Shown one piece after another: positions 49,366-58,135 of a stretch of DNA of 64,000 bases. Every line of letters begins with the position of its first letter. Positions within the stretch are counted from its first letter, which is position 1. The notes under the pieces are model-generated. The model was not told the origin of the DNA, made no database searches, and saw only the letters and a program-made list of their open reading frames with translations. The stretch is from Longimicrobiales bacterium (GTDB lineage Bacteria > Gemmatimonadota > Gemmatimonadetes > Longimicrobiales > Gaopeijiaceae), in contig CBDFMQ010000002.1 in assembly GCA_965249725.1 (NCBI GenBank), forward strand, positions 1,856,001-1,920,000, written 5' to 3'. The translations under genes were made by a program, and so were the position numbers.

Positions 49366-49434
49366 CCGGACTAAAAGTCCGGTTACTGCCCGGACTACGA
49401 AAGTCCGGTAACTGCTCCGGACTCGTAAGTCCGG
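49366..49434. repeat. Three tandem hairpins CCGGACT-N3-5-AGTCCGG
   Basis: Units at 49366-49382, 49390-49408 and 49417-49434. Confidence 0.85.
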
Positions 49435-49444
49435 TTCCTACCTA

Positions 49445-49516
49445 TGCCCTCACGGGGAATCGAACCCCGATTACCAGGTTGAAAACCTGGCGTCCTAACC
49501 GTTAGACGATGAGGGC
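49445..49516 (-). tRNA. tRNA-Glu(TTC)
   Basis: CCAGG-TTTTCAA-CCTGG. Confidence 0.93.
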
Positions 49517-49538
49517 GACCCCTCTATTCGTTTTCAAA

Positions 49539-49611
49539 CAGGCCCGGAGGGACTCGAACCCCCAACCCCCGGTTTTGGAGACCGGTGCTCTACCAGTTGA
49601 GCTACGGACCT
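49539..49611 (-). tRNA. tRNA-Trp(CCA)
   Basis: CCGGT-CTCCAAA-ACCGG. Confidence 0.95.
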
Positions 49612-49653
49612 CTGATTTCAAGTGACCGCGCCTGATGCGATCCGCACTGCAAG

Positions 49654-49726
49654 TGGCCAGGGGCGGAATCGAACCACCGACACCGCGATTTTCAGTCGCG
49701 TGCTCTACCAACTGAGCTACCTGGCC
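49654..49726 (-). tRNA. tRNA-Phe(GAA)
   Basis: CGCGA-CTGAAAA-TCGCG. Confidence 0.95.
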
Positions 49727-49729
49727 GAC

Positions 49730-49765
49730 AAAAAAACCGCCCGAGGCCAGTTGGCTGCGGACGGT
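49730..49765 (-). terminator. Intrinsic terminator (putative attenuator) immediately upstream of tRNA-Phe
   Basis: Minus strand ACCGTCCG...CGGGCGGT followed by a T-tract. Confidence 0.75.
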
Positions 49766-49792
49766 CTTGCGAGAGGTGCGGGCTCGAAGTCT

Positions 49793-49885
49793 CTAGCCGC
49801 GCCCCCCGACCGTCGTCGATCGCGAGCTAGACCACGTATCGGCCATCGTCCATCCGCGCGCCTGCGTGGCATCCGTCTGAAACAT
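49793..49885 (-). CDS. Putative 30-aa leader peptide MFQTDATQARGWTMADTWSSSRSTTVGGRG
   Basis: GAGGAG RBS 9 nt upstream; stop codon about 27 nt before the terminator. Confidence 0.55.
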   Translation of the reverse strand: MFQTDATQARGWTMADTWSSSRSTTVGGRG

Positions 49886-49955
49886 TCGGGCCGACTCCTC
49901 AATCCAGCTTCACCATCACATGGAAACGCCGCCCGAGGGCGGCGCTGAAACCAAA

Positions 49956-50029
<74 letters not shown>

Positions 50030-50040
50030 ATGAGAAGGAA

Positions 50041-50069
50041 AAGATATTCGAGATCTCAGAAAGGTTCAA
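50041..50069 (-). promoter_or_regulatory. Sigma70-type promoter of the tRNA operon
   Basis: TTGAAC-N17-TATCTT, 11 nt upstream of tRNA-fMet. Confidence 0.65.
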
Positions 50070-50141
50070 CCCCGATCTGCGTACCTGATCCTGCTAGATT
50101 CTAGGACTCGCAAGACCATGACTGTTAGAGGAGAAGCGATA

Positions 50142-50741
50142 ATGAAGGGACGTTGGAACTGGGCCATCGTGGGCGCCGTGCTCGCCCTACCCATGGCCGT
50201 CACCGCGCAGGAGCCCATGGGTGGAATGGAAGGCATGGAGGGCATGGACCCCGAGATGCAGGAGCGGATGCACACCCTGCACCTAGCCCAGGCGGGCGAC
50301 TTCGAGACCATGAGGGACAAGTTTCTCGCCCTTGCCGACGCGTTCCCCGAGGAGACCTGGGACTGGAGCCCGATGGAAGGCGTTCGGTCCGTCCGGGACG
50401 TGATGGCCCTGATTGTGGCCGAGGGATACCACTTCCCTTCGTCCTGGGGCGTGGAGCCTCCGGCCGGAGCCGAGAGCGGGTTCGGACCCGAGATGGAGCG
50501 GGTTGGCGCGATGTCGAAGAGCGAAGTCATCGCCGAGATGGAGAAGTCCTTCGACCATCTGATCACGACAACCAGCAATCTGACCCACATGCAGCACATA
50601 GGTGACGAGGCGGACTGGTTCGGCCGCAAGGTGTCGGTCGCCAACGCCATGATGCTCGCCGGCGGAGACATGCACGAGCACCTCGGGCAGTCGATCGCTT
50701 ACGCGCGCACGAATCACATCGTGCCGCCCTGGAGCCGGTAG
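50142..50741 (+). CDS. Secreted DinB-family protein
   Basis: Signal peptide, WSPMEGVRS, HEHLGQSIAYAR..VPPWS; GAGGAG RBS. Confidence 0.8.
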   Translation: MKGRWNWAIVGAVLALPMAVTAQEPMGGMEGMEGMDPEMQERMHTLHLAQAGDFETMRDKFLALADAFPEETWDWSPMEGVRSVRDVMALIVAEGYHFPSSWGVEPPAGAESGFGPEMERVGAMSKSEVIAEMEKSFDHLITTTSNLTHMQHIGDEADWFGRKVSVANAMMLAGGDMHEHLGQSIAYARTNHIVPPWSR

Positions 50742-50835
50742 GGACGGCCCCTAGGTAGAGGAGTACCCAACGGGGGTGCGGCCGAGAGCCGTGCCCCCGT
50801 TTGTTCTTCGGGGGCGGATTCCACGGGCCTACGGC

Positions 50836-51519
50836 CTAGAAGGCTCTGCCGAAGTCCGCCTGGAGCTGTGCTCGGGTGATCTGGGTCGGATCGAGGAACG
50901 TGGGCGAGCCCCGGAGGCAATCGGCCGCCATGAGGTTGCCCTCCTCGGTGCACGCGACGTGGACCAACCCCAGCGAGTGACCCAGCTCATGGGCGAGGAT
51001 GCGAGCCATGCTGCCCGTGACGTCGCGTTGACCCTGAGGATCGATCTCGGCGGAGACTACCACCTTCTGTCTGGGTAGGTAGGCACCGCCGAGGGTGGGA
51101 CCGAAGTCACGGATGAGGAAGACGTTCCAGACGTCGGGGTCGATGTTGTCCCGGGCCAAAACGGTCGGGAGGGCGTTGACCGGGCTGAGGGCTTGGTTGA
51201 CCAGGGCTTCGCGGAAGGCGGACTCGCTGCGGGCGTCCTCGCGGACGACGGTCTCTAGTGTCAAGGTGATGCCGGCTTGGGACCAGGTCTGGTTGACGGC
51301 GGCGATGAGGGTCTGGGCTTCCGCGTCGGTCAGGCGGGCGTTGAGGGCGTCCAGTTGGGTGGACTGCACGACGTGCAGGCGGACGTCCAGCGCGATGATG
51401 CCGGGCGTTTCGGTGGCGGGACCGGTCGGCTCATCGACGGCGTCGGAGCAGGCCCCGATGATGAAGACGACCGCTGCCAGGACCGAGAATCGGGTGGCGG
51501 AATGGGCTCTTTGCGTCAC
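50836..51519 (-). CDS. Metzincin zinc metalloprotease lipoprotein
   Basis: Lipobox GAC, HELGHSLGLVH, NLM Met-turn. Confidence 0.8.
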   Translation of the reverse strand: MTQRAHSATRFSVLAAVVFIIGACSDAVDEPTGPATETPGIIALDVRLHVVQSTQLDALNARLTDAEAQTLIAAVNQTWSQAGITLTLETVVREDARSESAFREALVNQALSPVNALPTVLARDNIDPDVWNVFLIRDFGPTLGGAYLPRQKVVVSAEIDPQGQRDVTGSMARILAHELGHSLGLVHVACTEEGNLMAADCLRGSPTFLDPTQITRAQLQADFGRAF

Positions 51520-51732
51520 GTGTTCCCGCTTGGTGATGGGTGCAGGTCATACGGGCTCGCCACATGCAGGGTTCCACCTAGCGTCGAGGTAGCCCTGCAA
51601 AGGCGGAGCGCTACCCGAATCTTGGAGGGTCATCCAACCACCGCATCCGGTCCCACACATAGGCATGGCTGGCGCCCCTCCCCCACCGGCCACACCTTAA
51701 CAACGCGCTCCTTCAAGTGAGAGAGTCGACAC

Positions 51733-54540
51733 ATGGCCGAGAACACAACCCCCGGGCTCCAGGTGGGAGCCGACTACGGTTCGTATCAGTTGATCCGGAT
51801 CCTCGGCGAGGGGGGCGGTGGGCAGGTCTGGGAGGCCGACGATTCCCGAAGCGGGAGACGAGTCGCCCTCAAGGTGCTGACGGAACTGCGCGCGGAATCT
51901 CCGAAGGCCTTGGAGCGGTTCGAGCAAGAAGGACGCCTGGCAGCCTCGGTCACGCACCCCTCCTGTGTTTTCGTGTTCGGAGCGGAGGAGATCGAGGGTC
52001 GGCCGACCATCAGCATGGAACTGATGCGGGGCGGCACGCTTCGCGATCGGTTGAATGAGGGCGCACTCGAGTATCGCGACGCGGCCGCCAGCGTGCTGGA
52101 CATCATCGAAGGGCTCGAAGCCGCGCAGCATGTGGGTATCATCCACCGTGATGTGAAACCCTCGAATTGCTTTCTCGAGGAAGGTGGCGTCCGCACCAAG
52201 ATCGGCGACTTCGGCGTCTCACGAACGCTAGAGGTCCCGAGCGACCTTACCGTCACCGGGTCGTTCATCGGCACACCGTCCTACGCCTCACCGGAACAGA
52301 TAAGGGGTGGGGATCTCGACTTTCGCTCGGACATGTACTCCGTCGGCGCGACCCTGTACGAGCTTCTGACCGGTCAGGTCCCGTTCCCGGGGCCGGCCAT
52401 GGCCGCAGCGGCACAGATCCTCGCGGAGCCGCCCGCCGCACCCTCCTCCGTGAACCCCGCGGTCCCAAAGGGGTTGGACCGCATCGTGCAGCGACTGATG
52501 GAGAAGGATCCGGCGAAGCGATTCCCAAGCTACGCGGCGCTACGGAAAGCCATCACTCCCTTCACTCCCGGCGTTCTGTCGGTGGGGGGAGTCCTTCGGC
52601 GCGTGTCGGCGTACTTCCTCGACTTCCTCGTAATCGGGATCTGGGTCACCCTAATCCTCTCATCATACGCCGCGTATGAACGAGCGGGACCCCGATTGCT
52701 TGCAATGGCGGCCCAATTCTCAGTGGAGTTCCTGTATTACTGGGTCCTCGAGACCCGCTGGGGCGCGAGCCTAGGGAAACGGCTCCTGGGGATGACCGTG
52801 ACATCCGCCACAGGTGAGCGGCTCGGTGCACGAGCCGTGGCTCTGAGGACCTTTCTCTACGTCGGAATCACGAACGGACCCTTGACGCTAGCTCGCGCGG
52901 TGAGTGTAACTCCGGATTTGGAAGCGGACGTCTGGGCGGCGATCGGCGTCGCGGTGCTGTTCTTGACCATGCGAGCCAGGAACGGATACTCAGGCATACA
53001 CGACCTGCTCTCCAACTCCCGGGTCGTCTCGATCAGTCGGACCTCCACCGTCGGCGCACCGGACCGGCCGTTGCCGGCCCCCGAGCCGGCGGATGCTGTC
53101 TTCCCGAAAATGGGGCCCTACGTGGTCGAGTCCACGCTTTGGCACACCCCCACGGCACGTCTCCTGTTGGCCCACGACGTCGACCTGGACCGCCTCGTTT
53201 GGATCCACCACTACGATGATCCGAAGGCAGGCCCTGCGCTCGCTCGCCTGACGCACAGCACTCCAGGACGACTGCGATGGCTGCAGGGGTCCAGATCTGG
53301 AAGCCCGTATTGGGACGCTTATGCCGTGCCCTCCGGAAGCCCGTTGATCGCCTGGGTGGAGGAGAGGGGCCACTTGAGTTGGGTCGAGTCCCGGCAGATC
53401 CTCCGGGGACTGGCCGTCGAGCTCTCGCAGCCTGATCCGGAGCTCCCCTCCCTGCTATCCCCGAGACACGTTTGGGTCAGTGGGACCGGCGAGCCGAAGT
53501 TGCTCGACTTCCCAGTGGACGCTACCGACCGAGAAGGCCCCGGCGTTGATCCGGCCACATCAGTTCCAGCCGACTTCCTTCGTTGGATGGCCGTCTACAC
53601 GCTGGAGGGACGAGACGACGGGGGTCCAGCCGAACGATCGAACGGTCCGCGCTCTCCGGTTCCGGGCCATGCCCACGAGTTCCTGAGGGGACTATTCGCT
53701 CGGGACGTCCCGTCGTTAGGCACCCTCGCCGACCAACTCGGTGGACTCATGCTGGAGTCGCCCGCCGTGACCAGGGGCCGACGGGGTTCGGCCGTGCTGC
53801 TCGGTGCTTTCCCCTTTGTCTTCGTCGCAATCATCGGGCTCTCCATCGCGGCGTTGGTATTCTCCACACCGACCGAGCTGGACATCTTTCGAACCGACGA
53901 CCTTATCGAAGAGATCTACCAGCCCGCCACCGCCGCCGACGCATCCCCGGACAAACGTGCGGCGGCCGAAGTCTTGCTGATCAACCTGAAGAACCTCCCC
54001 GACAATCAAGCCGTCGACTCGTTTCTTGAGGGCATCCTGGCCAGTTCGCAACGAGATATCACGAGGGACGACCTGGTGGCCCTGATAGACTCCTTGGCCG
54101 AAAATCGCCCTCCGCCTACCGAGCAGGAGGTCCGAGCAGCCAGGCAGGTGCTGCGTCTCGGCGAAAACACAGAGGGTCGCATCGCCATCCTCACCTACAT
54201 GATCGCGCTTGGCCCGGCCGTCCTGGGTGCCATCGCGGTCGTCTTGGCACTACTCCTTCGGGGCGGACCGATGCTCGGAGCTCTCGGCATACAGGTCCGG
54301 ACGGCAGACGGGTCCCGAGCCGGACGCTGGCGTTGTGCGGCTCGTACCACCCTTGCGTGGTCGCCATTCTTCATCTCGATGCTCGTCCTAACGTTCGCAC
54401 CGAACGAACTGGGGCCCACCGCCGTTGGCGTCACCCTCGTCCTCATGCTCACCTGGCTGGTCGGGCTCGGGCTCACGCTAGAGAAGCCGCTCCGCGGGCC
54501 CCACGACCGGATGGCAGGTACGTATCTAGTGCCGAAGTGA
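51733..54540 (+). CDS. Hanks-type Ser/Thr kinase with RDD membrane domains
   Basis: LGEGGGG, VALK, HRDVKPSN, DFG, GTPSYASPE; RRVSAYFLD..HDLLS and HDRMAGTYLV (RDD). Confidence 0.88.
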   Translation: MAENTTPGLQVGADYGSYQLIRILGEGGGGQVWEADDSRSGRRVALKVLTELRAESPKALERFEQEGRLAASVTHPSCVFVFGAEEIEGRPTISMELMRGGTLRDRLNEGALEYRDAAASVLDIIEGLEAAQHVGIIHRDVKPSNCFLEEGGVRTKIGDFGVSRTLEVPSDLTVTGSFIGTPSYASPEQIRGGDLDFRSDMYSVGATLYELLTGQVPFPGPAMAAAAQILAEPPAAPSSVNPAVPKGLDRIVQRLMEKDPAKRFPSYAALRKAITPFTPGVLSVGGVLRRVSAYFLDFLVIGIWVTLILSSYAAYERAGPRLLAMAAQFSVEFLYYWVLETRWGASLGKRLLGMTVTSATGERLGARAVALRTFLYVGITNGPLTLARAVSVTPDLEADVWAAIGVAVLFLTMRARNGYSGIHDLLSNSRVVSISRTSTVGAPDRPLPAPEPADAVFPKMGPYVVESTLWHTPTARLLLAHDVDLDRLVWIHHYDDPKAGPALARLTHSTPGRLRWLQGSRSGSPYWDAYAVPSGSPLIAWVEERGHLSWVESRQILRGLAVELSQPDPELPSLLSPRHVWVSGTGEPKLLDFPVDATDREGPGVDPATSVPADFLRWMAVYTLEGRDDGGPAERSNGPRSPVPGHAHEFLRGLFARDVPSLGTLADQLGGLMLESPAVTRGRRGSAVLLGAFPFVFVAIIGLSIAALVFSTPTELDIFRTDDLIEEIYQPATAADASPDKRAAAEVLLINLKNLPDNQAVDSFLEGILASSQRDITRDDLVALIDSLAENRPPPTEQEVRAARQVLRLGENTEGRIAILTYMIALGPAVLGAIAVVLALLLRGGPMLGALGIQVRTADGSRAGRWRCAARTTLAWSPFFISMLVLTFAPNELGPTAVGVTLVLMLTWLVGLGLTLEKPLRGPHDRMAGTYLVPK

Positions 54541-54588
54541 CTGAAGGTGTTACAACAACCTGGGATCGCGGGGTTGGCGCGCGGGCAG

Positions 54589-54617
54589 TTGAGGGCAGGT
54601 AGCGCCGGGTTTACCTT
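54589..54617 (+). promoter_or_regulatory. Putative sigma70 promoter of tRNA-Pro(GGG)
   Basis: TTGAGG-N17-TACCTT, 10 nt upstream of the tRNA. Confidence 0.5.
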
Positions 54618-54627
54618 TCCTGCTCTA

Positions 54628-54701
54628 CGGGACGTGGCGCAGCTCGGTAGCGCACCTGAATGGGGTTCAGGGGGTCGCCGGTTCGAATCCGGCCGTCCCG
54701 A
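54628..54701 (+). tRNA. tRNA-Pro(GGG)
   Basis: CCTGA-ATGGGGT-TCAGG; full cloverleaf. Confidence 0.95.
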
Positions 54702-54720
54702 TTCATTGTGGAATAACGAG

Positions 54721-55059
54721 TTACGGGAACGGCTGCCTATTGAATAGGTGGCCGTTTCTCATGCCTACGTCGACTGCTCGAAAGAGCGTCCTTGTGCTCT
54801 CCACCTTTCGACTACCGCCGCTCTCCCAGCGATAGCACATAACGGTTCTGAGTTGCCGACGTGCCGAAGGCATGTCCCGTAGCGAAGCGAAGGGAGGGTT
54901 GTTCATCGGCTGGATGTCTACTTCGATTGACGTCCGCAGTCCCGGCGGCGCGGTCGGATGCTCACCAAGGATCGCTTGAGATCCAAAGACGAACAAATCA
55001 GTGTCGTCCGCGACGTCGCATGCCGCCCGGATGGCATGTTCAAGTTGATCGCGGGTCAT
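54721..55059 (-). pseudogene. Truncated DUF6036-like nucleotidyltransferase
   Basis: MTRDQLEHAIRAA..VFGSQAILG..SIEVDI; family resemblance is lost after about 55 aa. Confidence 0.6.
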
Positions 55060-55984
55060 TCTGTATCTCTAGATAGAGAAGAACCTCGTCTCGCTCATCG
55101 GCCGCCAAGGCAGCAAGAAACGGCGAGCTCTGTCGGAGTCGCTGGGCTCGGGAAGTCGTAGACACTAAGAACTCGCGAAGTCGCTCAATGGAATACTGCG
55201 ACAGTATGCTATGCCACTCTCGGAGATCATGAGCTGCTGCTCCCTGGTCTTTTTCCAAGACAAGCTCAAGGTGTCTAATCGCCCTCCGAACCAGCGACGG
55301 GTCGCGATCTAAGAGATCACTCACCGCTTCCGCTAGCCTCAATGCCCGCCGGTCACGGTCTCCATGGCCCGGAGGAGGACGGCTCGACGCGAGGGCTTCT
55401 ACGGAAGGCACGCCGGCGAGCAACGTCATCTTAGCCCAGTCAATGTTGGGTGCATCCGCACGACTGAAGCTGTGTACCTCGATGGTCAAGTCAAAGTCTC
55501 GCTCCACCTCCGCGATACGACTACGGATCTCGTCACTCAGCCACGCCAGTGAACCTGACTCTCCGACCACGCCAATGTGCAGCGGCTCTCCAGGCCGGGC
55601 CGGTGGGGCATCGAGCCAGGCAACTCGTATTTCGGTGAGGCTTTCAAGGGTATTGCGGATGCTCGCAAGTAGTCTCTGGTATCGGTCACTCTCACCTCGA
55701 AAGAGTGGAACGAGCTGTCTTGCGACCAGATCGTCGGTTCGTAATTCGAACTGCCGGGACCGTCCCCCGCCGACTCTTCGCACGAACCCAGTCTTGGCGA
55801 GGCGACCCAGCGCTCGCCGGGCACCGGCCTCCGTGAGGCCAGACCGATCTGCAGCATCGGCCACTGTAATCGGCCCAACTATCTCGTCAGCGAGAACTCT
55901 GAGGAGGCGTACCTGTGCCTTGGTTCCAAGTAGATCGTTAAGGGGGAACCGAAGCGTGTCTTGTTCTATCGCAATGGGTCTCAT
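55040..55984 (-). CDS. Winged-HTH protein with NTase-like middle and RQSSPF C-terminal domain (antitoxin-like)
   Basis: VADAADRSGLTEAGARRAL HTH; RAQRLRQSSPF; overlaps the NTase gene. Confidence 0.65.
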   Translation of the reverse strand: MRPIAIEQDTLRFPLNDLLGTKAQVRLLRVLADEIVGPITVADAADRSGLTEAGARRALGRLAKTGFVRRVGGGRSRQFELRTDDLVARQLVPLFRGESDRYQRLLASIRNTLESLTEIRVAWLDAPPARPGEPLHIGVVGESGSLAWLSDEIRSRIAEVERDFDLTIEVHSFSRADAPNIDWAKMTLLAGVPSVEALASSRPPPGHGDRDRRALRLAEAVSDLLDRDPSLVRRAIRHLELVLEKDQGAAAHDLREWHSILSQYSIERLREFLVSTTSRAQRLRQSSPFLAALAADERDEVLLYLEIQNDPRST

Positions 55985-56005
55985 GTTGATACGCAAGTTC
56001 TGTAA

Positions 56006-56043
56006 TAGATACTATTGTACTTGTTTAGATACTATAGTATCTA
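56006..56043. promoter_or_regulatory. Probable operator: 18-bp palindrome TAGATACTATAGTATCTA plus an extra half-site
   Basis: Palindrome 56026-56043 and half-site 56006-56015, upstream of the HTH gene. Confidence 0.65.
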
Positions 56044-56302
56044 TGTTCCCCAGTCAAGGATCCTGTAAAGGGCACACCCCAAAACCGTTCGTGCGGGACT
56101 GATCTAGAATCAACTGCGACCCCGCATTTGTGGCGCGATTCGCGCCCCGCGGACCACCTAAAGTCATCTACAACGGACACACGCACGGACACTCTTTTAG
56201 GGCCGGCAGAGTCCGGCATCCCCTCCCGCAAGAAACGGCAGATCGTGCACCCTACCAGTGATTTACACGGTTTCTTGCCGCCATTCGGCTAGTTGAAGGC
56301 TC

Positions 56303-56433
56303 GAATGGGGTTCAGGGGGTCGCCGGTTCGAGCCGAGGCGGCAGTGAGGCCTTCCGCGATGCGGCCAAAACACTCACCGCCGAGACGACCGGAGATCGCC
56401 GAAGGCGATCGGAGGTCAATCCGGCCGTCCCGA
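56303..56433 (+). repeat. attR-like 3' half of tRNA-Pro(GGG) with an 87-nt T-loop insertion (56332-56418)
   Basis: GAATGGGGTTCAGGGGGTCGCCGGTTCGA[GCCGAGGCG...GGTCA]ATCCGGCCGTCCCGA. Confidence 0.88.
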
Positions 56434-56436
56434 CTA

Positions 56437-56474
56437 AGGCCCTTCAGCAGAAATGCTGGAGGGCCTGTTTGTTT
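56437..56474 (+). terminator. Terminator-like hairpin after the tRNA fragment
   Basis: AGGCCCTTCAGCA-GAAA-TGCTGGAGGGCCT-GTTTGTTT. Confidence 0.7.
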
Positions 56475-56629
56475 GGGGCCTGATCGGGGCGGCCGGACTC
56501 TGCGGGGTCGCGAAGCGAGGCGCTCACCGTCCCCTGACACCTGATCAGGTATCAGGAGTTCAGCAGAGCCGTCTGACAGAGGGTCAGGGGGACACTACTC
56601 AACCATGATCCTAGTCCCCGAGGCTGTAA

Positions 56630-57790
56630 TCAGCCCCGCTCACCGCTCTCGCTGAACAGTTGCATATATCTATCGAAGGCGAACATGCGATAGGTCTTCC
56701 TGCCGGTCGTTTCCCGCAAGACTCCGACCTTCTCCAACGCATTGGTGAGGGCGTTCGCAGCGGGCTGCGACAACCCGGTAATCGCCTTCACCTGCTTAAC
56801 GGTCACGATCGGAGTTCGAAACAGCTCTTCAAGGAGATCAAGCGCCGAGCCGGCGCGGCGTCCGAGCCGCTGATTGATCTCCGCTCTCGTCTCTTCTCGA
56901 AGGTTGACGATGTGTCGTGCGGTTGTGGTAGCTTCCTCTGAGACCGAGGCGACAGCCTCGAGGAAGAACGCCAGCCATCCCTCCCAGTCTCCCTTCTCCC
57001 GAATCGCTTGGAGTCGATCGTAGTACTCCTGACGGTGGCGTTTGAAGAATATCGAGAGATAGAGGATGGGCTCACGAAGCACTCGTTCGTGAACGAGCAT
57101 GAACGTGATCAAGAGCCGGCCGACCCTGCCGTTTCCATCCAGAAAAGGATGCACCGTCTCAAAGTGGGCGTGGGCAAGAGCGACGCGGATCAGTATGGGG
57201 AGGTCGGACTCGGCGTGGAGGAAGTCCTCGATCTGATAGAGTGAATCTCGCATCTCCGAGACAGGCGGAGGGACGAATCGAGCCGTTTCAGGTGTTGGAC
57301 CGCCGATCCAGTTCTGGGACTTACGGAACTCACCCGGGGTTTTCGACGACTCGCCTCCACGGACCCCGGTCATCAGCTTCTCATGGATCTCACGGATCAA
57401 CCGGAGCGACAGAGGAAGGTCCTTTACTCGATCGAGCCCAAAGCGCAACGCGTCGATGTAGTTCGTGATCTCTCGAACATCTACCCGCCGGTCACTCCGC
57501 TCCATCTGTGCTTCGTACTCCAGCAGATCGACTAGAGAGGCTTCGGTTCCTTCGATCTGACTAGATAGCACCGCTTCCCGGCGAACGTACATGAAGACGA
57601 ATAGGTCGGGATCCGGCAGGATTTCGGCAGATCCCACCAATCGTCCCAACGCCAAGGTTGCCCTTTCCAACAGGTCTGCTAGAGAATCCAATTGGAGGTC
57701 TCCCGGAGGGAACGCTTCGGGGATGAACGCCGCAAATCCTCCAGCCTGTTTCCGGAACACCCCTGCCCTGTGCTTGCTATCAGTGACCAC
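56630..57790 (-). CDS. Fic-family protein with inhibitory helix and C-terminal HTH
   Basis: HPFLDGNGRVGR Fic motif; SSQIEG inhibitory motif. Confidence 0.92.
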   Translation of the reverse strand: MVTDSKHRAGVFRKQAGGFAAFIPEAFPPGDLQLDSLADLLERATLALGRLVGSAEILPDPDLFVFMYVRREAVLSSQIEGTEASLVDLLEYEAQMERSDRRVDVREITNYIDALRFGLDRVKDLPLSLRLIREIHEKLMTGVRGGESSKTPGEFRKSQNWIGGPTPETARFVPPPVSEMRDSLYQIEDFLHAESDLPILIRVALAHAHFETVHPFLDGNGRVGRLLITFMLVHERVLREPILYLSIFFKRHRQEYYDRLQAIREKGDWEGWLAFFLEAVASVSEEATTTARHIVNLREETRAEINQRLGRRAGSALDLLEELFRTPIVTVKQVKAITGLSQPAANALTNALEKVGVLRETTGRKTYRMFAFDRYMQLFSESGERG

Positions 57791-58135
57791 GGTTATTCTT
57801 GCCTTGGGAAAGTTTATGAGCCGCTGCTGTTGGCATAAGTATAACTCCTAAAGCTTATGTCAAAACACCTCTGCCATAAGGCCCGGTTTTCCAGCCCCTG
57901 GACTGGTCACCTCACTGGAGTATGCAAGAGGCCGGTAAAGCAGCAGCCGAGAACAGCCCGACCACCCCCGCCCCTACTCCGTCCAGGACCTAATCTCCAG
58001 GACCCCCGCACCCCGTAGGCCTTTGATCTTCCGTCCTTTGCCCCACGACTTCTATGCGCCTATACTGCGGTATCCCGCCGTGCGCTCTCGAGCTGAAGTG
58101 CTTCCGGCCCTGCGCCGAACCAAGCGAGGTGAACC

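Larger units (their letters stand above)
54702..56433. mobile_element. Decayed genomic islet integrated at tRNA-Pro(GGG); no integrase seen
   Basis: 3' half of the tRNA repeated at 56303-56433; visibly more AT-rich; toxin-antitoxin-like cargo. Confidence 0.75.

Noticed and set aside
54740..54860. Integrase remnant next to tRNA-Pro(GGG)
   Set aside because: Only a vague resemblance (YRWESGGSRKVESTRT); no catalytic motifs.
57831..57863. TTGACA/TATACT promoter upstream of the Fic gene
   Set aside because: The spacer is only 14 nt. The imperfect inverted repeat TGGCATAAG/CTTATGTCA may be an operator but is too weak to call.
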